41,828 nucleotides of DNA from a virus (taxonomy: Duplodnaviria > Caudoviricetes): IMG/VR virus record IMGVR_UViG_3300020045_004305, positions 1-41,828 of that record; one strand, written 5' to 3'. The position numbers and the translations under genes are program-made. Each line of letters begins with the position of its first letter. Positions within the stretch are counted from its first letter, which is position 1. The notes under the pieces were generated by a model. That model did not search any database and was not told the origin of the DNA. It worked only from the letters and a program-made list of their open reading frames with translations. This document shows, piece after piece, positions 36,107 to 41,828 of the stretch.

Positions 36107-36857
36107 TGCGTTTACACTATTTAATGAGCTTGACCTGCTTGACTTGCGCCTTAACATACTTGGCCCCTATGTTGATAAGTTTATTTTGGTTGAGTCGCGG
36201 GAAACTTTTATGGGCCAAGAAAAACCCCTATATTACGAGGAAAATAAGGAGCGATTTGCCAAGTGGAATGACAAGATAATCCACATTGTCGCCCCTAATA
36301 TGAAGATTGAGAAAGTCCCTTTTGAACGGCATTGGGCCTGTTATGAGCTGATAGAGAATTATTTGATAAAAAACGCCGACCCCGAAGATGTAGCGTTTAA
36401 TTCAGACTTGGACGAAATTTGGAATCCCAATGTTCTTGATAAGGTGGACGATGAGCCTCATTTATTGGAGCAGTTAAGCTACTGTTATTATTTAAACCAG
36501 CGCACTAGCGAGCCTTGGGCTGGTACGTTTATGAGCAAGGTCAAGCACATCTACCCTGGATTTACGATTTGGTGCGACCAGACTAAGCCGAATGTAATAA
36601 GAAACGCGGGGTTTCACTTTACTAACATGGGCGGGGTGGAGCAGGTATTAAAAAAGGTATCATCCTACGACCATGCGCACGAACTTAATCAAGACTGGCT
36701 AAAAGAGCATATGTCAGAGAATATAGAGCAGGGAAAGGATTTCTTAGGCAGACCTTTAGACTACTACGGGAAACCGTTTGAGTTCTGGGTGGATGAATCC
36801 GAGTGGCCGGAGTATCTAGTAAACAACAAAGAAAGGTACAAGCACTTATGCAAGTAA
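36096..36857 (+). CDS. GT17 family (GnT-III-like) glycosyltransferase
   Basis: FNELDLLDLRL..L..VDKFILVES, SDLDEI, GFHFTNMGG. Confidence 0.88.
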   Translation: MVFDAFTLFNELDLLDLRLNILGPYVDKFILVESRETFMGQEKPLYYEENKERFAKWNDKIIHIVAPNMKIEKVPFERHWACYELIENYLIKNADPEDVAFNSDLDEIWNPNVLDKVDDEPHLLEQLSYCYYLNQRTSEPWAGTFMSKVKHIYPGFTIWCDQTKPNVIRNAGFHFTNMGGVEQVLKKVSSYDHAHELNQDWLKEHMSENIEQGKDFLGRPLDYYGKPFEFWVDESEWPEYLVNNKERYKHLCK

Positions 36858-37810
36858 TTGAGGGCGTAGCCTTATCACGGTTGGTGGATTATAACTTCGG
36901 CGACCATTTGGCTGTTTGGGACTCTAAATTAGAGGGCGAATTTGAAGTGGCTAATTGCTCGAATCTTAAATTTTTATCCAAATGCAAGGAATTTGAGGGC
37001 AGAGTAATGACCGTGTTTATAGACAATATCAGGCTTTACACGCGGAGCTTAGACTTTAGCGGTCCTAATGCCGAGGGCGATTCTAAGTTTATCGCCTACC
37101 TGATGCAGAACAACGACTTACTAGAGTTGGTTAAAATGCTCCCTAAAAATAAGTTCCTCATATTCACCTCAAACGAAGACACCGCCTTAGATGACACGAT
37201 TCAAGTGCCTGACAACGTAGTGGCTATTTATGCGATTAACGGAGCTTCCAATAACGATAAGGTTCATCCCCTCCCCTTGGGCCTCCAACGCAAGCGCAAT
37301 CCGTCAGATAACAGGCTTTCAGTCATGGCACAGCGGATTAAGGAGGATAAAAGAGTTAAAGCATCTAAGCTCTTATATATTAATTGCGGAATTGAGCGCA
37401 ACCCTGAACGAATACCATTGGGAGAGTTTAAGACAAATGACTGGTGTACCACGAGATTCGACAAGAACAGTATGTTTTTCCCGTATGATAAATATGATGT
37501 TTTCTTAGACGAGTTGCAGGATCATAAGTTTGTAGCCTGTCCAAAGGGTCAATCAAGAGGAAAGTTGGATTGTTTCGACACTCACAGGCTTTGGGAGACG
37601 TTATATATGCGCAGAGTTCCCGTGATACTCAACCATCCATATTTTCATAAGCTGTTAAAGGGCTTTCCGGTATTGTTTGTAGATAGCTGGAGCGAGCTAA
37701 ACAAGGAGTTATTAGAGGCCAACGGTGACTTATACCAGAAAGCGCAGGAAATGGACTTGGAGAGATTGAACCTAGACAAGATATGGGCTTCGATTGTTTC
37801 GCGCTACTAG
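36848..37810 (+). CDS. Exostosin/GT47-like glycosyltransferase
   Basis: PLPLGLQ, LLYIN, KFVACPKG...DTHRLWETLY..VPV. Confidence 0.8.
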   Translation: MQVIEGVALSRLVDYNFGDHLAVWDSKLEGEFEVANCSNLKFLSKCKEFEGRVMTVFIDNIRLYTRSLDFSGPNAEGDSKFIAYLMQNNDLLELVKMLPKNKFLIFTSNEDTALDDTIQVPDNVVAIYAINGASNNDKVHPLPLGLQRKRNPSDNRLSVMAQRIKEDKRVKASKLLYINCGIERNPERIPLGEFKTNDWCTTRFDKNSMFFPYDKYDVFLDELQDHKFVACPKGQSRGKLDCFDTHRLWETLYMRRVPVILNHPYFHKLLKGFPVLFVDSWSELNKELLEANGDLYQKAQEMDLERLNLDKIWASIVSRY

Positions 37811-37814
37811 AAAC

Positions 37815-37843
37815 TTGTGTTATTCATTAATAAAATCCATAAT
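37815..37843 (+). promoter_or_regulatory. Possible promoter for the packaging genes
   Basis: TTGTGT-17 nt-CATAAT; ATG 8 nt downstream. Confidence 0.4.
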
Positions 37844-37851
37844 ATAGATAC

Positions 37852-38175
37852 ATGATTTACGGTGGATACAGAAAATGCACACTGTGTGAAAATAAGTTTG
37901 AATTGGTTAAATCCGGCCCACGGAAGTATTGTATGGATTGCAAGATAAAAGCCAAGAAACTTAAAAAGTATCCATCTAACAGACGCCCCAATTACCATAA
38001 GGAATACAACCAGAAGCCAGAGCGCAAAGAGTATTTAAAAAGATGGTTAAGCACCAAACCTAATTACTTTAGAGATTATTGGCGCAAAAAGAGAAAATCA
38101 CCACTAGCTAGATTACACACTGATAACCTACAAGAAGCTAGACAATTTATGAACGAATATTTAAAAGTATTTTAG
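37852..38175 (+). CDS. Basic Zn-ribbon protein
   Basis: CTLC..YCMDC followed by K/R/Y-rich repeats. Confidence 0.6.
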   Translation: MIYGGYRKCTLCENKFELVKSGPRKYCMDCKIKAKKLKKYPSNRRPNYHKEYNQKPERKEYLKRWLSTKPNYFRDYWRKKRKSPLARLHTDNLQEARQFMNEYLKVF

Positions 38176-38178
38176 AAC

Positions 38179-38616
38179 ATGAATAAGGATAAAAGTCAAA
38201 CAAAAGAATCACAAGAACAGACCGTAAACAGGCCATGGTTATTTCAACCTGGTAAAAGCGGTAATCCTGGCGGTAGACCAAAAGGTTCTAAATCATTAAA
38301 GACATTTGCTAAAGAGTATTTGGAATCATTGCCTGATGAAGAGAAGATTGAGTTTATGCGTGGATTAGATAAGACTGATGTTTGGAAGATGGCTGAGGGC
38401 AATCCTAAACAAGATACGGAAATTCGCGGTAATTTAACAATTAGCGAAGTTTTAGATAACTTAGATGGACAAAAGGTTAGCGGACAAGACGTGGAGATTG
38501 AATCACTTGTACAAGATACGAAACAAGGCGGGCCAGTTGATTCAATTCAAACTGAACAGGGTGCAAAACGATTATCATTTGAAAAAGTGGAATCGGAATC
38601 TGATTCTAAAGTCTAG
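38179..38616 (+). CDS. terS: Terminase small subunit (DUF5681-like)
   Basis: FQPGKSGNPGGRPKG motif; upstream of TerL. Confidence 0.8.
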   Translation: MNKDKSQTKESQEQTVNRPWLFQPGKSGNPGGRPKGSKSLKTFAKEYLESLPDEEKIEFMRGLDKTDVWKMAEGNPKQDTEIRGNLTISEVLDNLDGQKVSGQDVEIESLVQDTKQGGPVDSIQTEQGAKRLSFEKVESESDSKV

Positions 38617-39991
38617 GCAGTTAGGCTTTACAACCTATGAATCCATAGACTCTTTAGATGATGTATTGTTTACGCCCAATATGGATGCGCTTATGATTGC
38701 GCATAATTTGGAAGCGGGCGAGAGTATATTCAGCAAAAAGATTTCATTCGCCTGGGAGAAGTTGCCGCAAGAAATTAAAGACCTATATGGAGTTGATAAT
38801 AAAACAAGCAAAACGCTTCGATTCGATTTCGGACAAAAAGGATTCAGTTCGCTTGCTGTGGATACATCCGGACGCTCCGGAACATATCAGAGACTACATA
38901 TTACAGAGCTTGCTGAAATATCAAAGAAATACCCCAAAAAGGTAGCGGACATTATTGAGGGTACAATACCGGCAATCCCCACAACTGGGAGAATAGACAT
39001 TGAAAGCACATCACAAGGTGCGTCAGGCGAGTTTTTTGAGATGTTTATGGAGGCGTGGGAACGGCGCATACCAACCTCACCATTGCAGTACAAGGCACAT
39101 TTTTACAACTGGACTTGGGATGATGACGAAATGAATACGATTACGCCTATTCCCTTTAAAGATATGCAGATGGGAGATCGGTTCAAGACCTATGCTGAGA
39201 GGCTTAAACTTAGTGAAGTCCAGATTACCTATTACTATCTTAAATGGATTTCTTTAAACAAGAACTGGAACAGCTTAAAGCGCGAATATCCCACAACACC
39301 GCAAGAGGCGTTTGAGGCCGTATCTGAGGGTACGTTTTACGGCGAGATTATCGGCTTAATGGAGCAGAACGGCCAGATTGGCGTACATCCTTATCAGCGG
39401 GCTTTAAAGACGCATAGTGTCTGGGACTTAGGTGTTGGCAAGAACATGGCAGTTGGCTTGTTCCAAAGGGATACTATAAGCAACAAGACTAACATGGTTG
39501 ATTTCATTGAGGGCGAGGGTTCAGACGGATTGCCTGAGATGATTGCTAAGGTATTTAAGAAGCCCTATGTCTGGGGCAAGCATTTCGGACCGCATGACTT
39601 AGAGGCTACTGATGTCGGTACAGGCAAGACTAGACGGGAAACAGCTAAGGCTTTGGGGTTGAAGTTTCAGATTGTTCCAAGCCATGAGATTGAAGATGGA
39701 ATAAACGCAGTCAGCGTGTGGCTTGATAGATTGAATGTCAACCAAGACACCTGCAAGCTGTGGATTAGGGCTATGAAAAACTACGGACGAGAGTGGGATG
39801 AGAAGCGGGGAATGTATAAGGATGAGCCATTGCATAATTGGGCCTCGCATCCGGCTGATATGTCCAGATACGCTGCCTTAAGCGAGAAATTGATGACTAA
39901 TGACCAAGTAATTAATAGGCCGTTTTACGATAAAACGGATGATATTTGGGCCAACACCCCAACCATAGAAAGGTACAATGGACGCAACTAA
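38465..39991 (+). CDS. terL: Terminase large subunit
   Basis: Walker A KSRQLGFTT, Walker B HITE, EST motif, nuclease WDLG and SHPADMSRY. Confidence 0.95.
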   Translation: MDKRLADKTWRLNHLYKIRNKAGQLIQFKLNRVQNDYHLKKWNRNLILKSRQLGFTTYESIDSLDDVLFTPNMDALMIAHNLEAGESIFSKKISFAWEKLPQEIKDLYGVDNKTSKTLRFDFGQKGFSSLAVDTSGRSGTYQRLHITELAEISKKYPKKVADIIEGTIPAIPTTGRIDIESTSQGASGEFFEMFMEAWERRIPTSPLQYKAHFYNWTWDDDEMNTITPIPFKDMQMGDRFKTYAERLKLSEVQITYYYLKWISLNKNWNSLKREYPTTPQEAFEAVSEGTFYGEIIGLMEQNGQIGVHPYQRALKTHSVWDLGVGKNMAVGLFQRDTISNKTNMVDFIEGEGSDGLPEMIAKVFKKPYVWGKHFGPHDLEATDVGTGKTRRETAKALGLKFQIVPSHEIEDGINAVSVWLDRLNVNQDTCKLWIRAMKNYGREWDEKRGMYKDEPLHNWASHPADMSRYAALSEKLMTNDQVINRPFYDKTDDIWANTPTIERYNGRN

Positions 39992-40379
39992 GCATGAGGG
40001 CGATGTAATAGGCATTGAGGATAAGCAGAAGTGGACTGCACAAGAGCTTGGAGTCAATTCAAACGTGCCGTTGGTTGATGCCGCAACAGGTAGACAGCAG
40101 ATTATCCGCAAGTTTGAATTTGCAGTCAGTCCATTTATATTGCAGAAGATAAAGCAAAAGAAAATCCCGACTCCGACAAGGCAAGAGCTGTTTAATAGTC
40201 ACCTGCAACAGATGAGAACAGAGCTGTGGAAAGATGGATTAGTCCCGCGCGAAGACATACCGCCCTCGGTAGTGGTTGGACGGAAGCGGTATAAGATTGT
40301 TTTGGTCTGCGAGCCGCGATTGGGTGTTGCAGTTATTGAGCGCCCTAAAACATTGCAGGACATTACTAAGCCAAAGTGA
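39978..40379 (+). CDS. Hypothetical protein between TerL and portal
   Basis: Coupled ORF. Confidence 0.7.
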   Translation: MDATKHEGDVIGIEDKQKWTAQELGVNSNVPLVDAATGRQQIIRKFEFAVSPFILQKIKQKKIPTPTRQELFNSHLQQMRTELWKDGLVPREDIPPSVVVGRKRYKIVLVCEPRLGVAVIERPKTLQDITKPK

Positions 40380-40495
40380 TTGACTTTTTAATAAGCTATT
40401 TGCAATAATTTAAACATAGGTGATTCTGCTCTCAATCTCCCACGAGATTGCGTATGAGCCTCTAACCCTGAATTCGGTTGGGGGCAGAATAACTT
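40380..40495 (+). promoter_or_regulatory. Promoter plus structured 5' leader of the portal gene
   Basis: TTGACT-18 nt-AATAAT with extended TG; hairpins 40433-40450 and 40458-40485. Confidence 0.6.
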
Positions 40496-41828
40496 ATGGA
40501 TAATAAAGAAGACACAAGGCCAATAGAACTGCAGAACATCCAAAACCGCTACGAGGAGAGCTTCCAGTTTCTCCAGCCCTGGAAGAAGCGGAAGGTTGCG
40601 CAACTAGTTCTATTGAATAACTTACAGCGAGGCGATCAGAATATAGCGTCTACTCTTTTGTTGACGCTTTTTAATCGCGTGCTATCAAGTTTGTATGATG
40701 ATAAGTTACAGATTAAGTTCATTCCATCGCAGGGCATTGAGCAGACACAGATAAACTCATACAACATACTAGCTCAAAGCGACTATATGGAAATGAACAA
40801 GTCTAAATTGGACTATGACTGGTGCTGGGATGCCTTGTTTTTCAATCGCGGGTATATGGAAACCAACAGATTCAACAAGCGCCGAAAGATTATGGAGCCG
40901 CACGTCATCAATCCGCTGGTCTTTGGGTATGACCCGTATTTTGAGGAAGTTCAAGACTGGCGATATTACTGGAAGTGGATAACTAAATCAAGACATGAGA
41001 TTCAAAGGCTGATTAAAAACGGTACGATTGACGGCATTACTAAGCCAGAGGAGATTATGGGCGGTGTTGATGAGTATTTGTGGAACTACAAACAAGAAAG
41101 AGATGCGGCTAAAAAGGCAGTCGAGCAGTCACCAGAATCGATGGGTGGGGATATCTACCAGATACTTGAGTTCTACGGATACGATAACGATGGGGATAAG
41201 TGCTGCTATTGGGTAGACCGCTCGTTTACTAAGGTTCTTTTTCACGAAAAGCTGGAGTTTGAAGACCTTGATTACGGTGACCAGAAAGCTAAAGGCTCGA
41301 AGTGGCCGATAGTCTTAAAGGAATCATTTAGAGAACCGCACGCGTCAATCAATTTCGGGATTGCTGATTTATTGGAGGATAAGCACCGCGCCAAATCGGT
41401 ACTTTTAAACCTCGCGTTTATGGCAGCCAAAGATAAGGCTAACCCTTTATATTGGTACAACGACAATGTTGAGGACCAAACAGCCCTGTTCTCAAGACAG
41501 GTTAATCAGCACATTAAACTGGCAGACGGCCAGACGGGCGACACCTCAATCGGGCCAATTAATACTCAAGAGCCTTTAACACCTGAATTGACTAATTTTA
41601 TTTCAATGCTCCAACAGGAGGCCAACGCCCCTATTGGTACAGGTGTGGTGTTGCAGCCTTCTAAGAATAAGACCTCAAACACCGCAACTGAGGCTTCGAT
41701 TGACCAGCAGTTGAATGACATGGCTCAGAGTCTACAGTCAAAGATTATGCAGTTCGGCGAGATGGAGTTTTGGTCGCATTGGTTTCACAGGTATGCAAAG
41801 TACGGTCCTGAGCTTAAAGATAAGATGG
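40496..41828 (+). CDS. Portal protein (podoviral, P22-like), truncated by the window end
   Basis: Stop-free frame from ATG 40496 (MDNKEDTRPIE...) of about 444 codons; TATEA motif; follows TerL; absent from the ORF track because it has no stop. Confidence 0.85.
   Translation, partial: MDNKEDTRPIELQNIQNRYEESFQFLQPWKKRKVAQLVLLNNLQRGDQNIASTLLLTLFNRVLSSLYDDKLQIKFIPSQGIEQTQINSYNILAQSDYMEMNKSKLDYDWCWDALFFNRGYMETNRFNKRRKIMEPHVINPLVFGYDPYFEEVQDWRYYWKWITKSRHEIQRLIKNGTIDGITKPEEIMGGVDEYLWNYKQERDAAKKAVEQSPESMGGDIYQILEFYGYDNDGDKCCYWVDRSFTKVLFHEKLEFEDLDYGDQKAKGSKWPIVLKESFREPHASINFGIADLLEDKHRAKSVLLNLAFMAAKDKANPLYWYNDNVEDQTALFSRQVNQHIKLADGQTGDTSIGPINTQEPLTPELTNFISMLQQEANAPIGTGVVLQPSKNKTSNTATEASIDQQLNDMAQSLQSKIMQFGEMEFWSHWFHRYAKYGPELKDKM

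Noticed and set aside
1-41828. Alternative genetic code (stop-codon reassignment)
   Set aside because: Genes are intact and densely packed under code 11; TAA, TAG and TGA all end genes at sensible overlaps

Overview
The window is a nearly complete, circularly permuted ~42 kb tailed-phage genome with podovirus-like architecture, broken inside the portal/head module. Almost all genes lie on the + strand. Order: scaffold, N4-gp56-like major capsid, head-tail and ejection proteins, beta-helix tailspike and other virion proteins, lysis module (M23 endolysin, holin-like proteins, CHAP), early region (RHH regulators, SLT, YopX, DNA methyltransferase, SPFH, NinB/NinG-like), a ~13 kb glycan-biosynthesis operon, TerS, TerL and the truncated portal. 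The operon encodes GT6, two GT11, two GT2, GT17, GT47, a GDP-mannose-3,5-epimerase-like enzyme, a His-type PLP 3-dehydratase, an RmlD-like reductase, an O-methyltransferase and a B12 radical SAM enzyme. I recognised no integrase, polymerase, helicase or primase. Most notable observations: (1) a large, membrane-free glycosylation system, probably acting on the virion; (2) two independent HNH cassettes that each split the first codons of a glycosyltransferase gene and supply their own leaderless promoter plus a recoded 5' end; (3) a canonical -1 frameshift cassette joining a membrane anchor to a lytic transglycosylase; (4) a 123-nt tRNA-like RNA; (5) a recurring structured RNA motif upstream of head genes; (6) a 25-bp G-U-compensated stem enclosing the first early gene; (7) a ~400-nt structured non-coding region behind a promoter that overlaps a DnaA box, which is a candidate origin. 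All family calls are by-eye motif recognition, not database searches.
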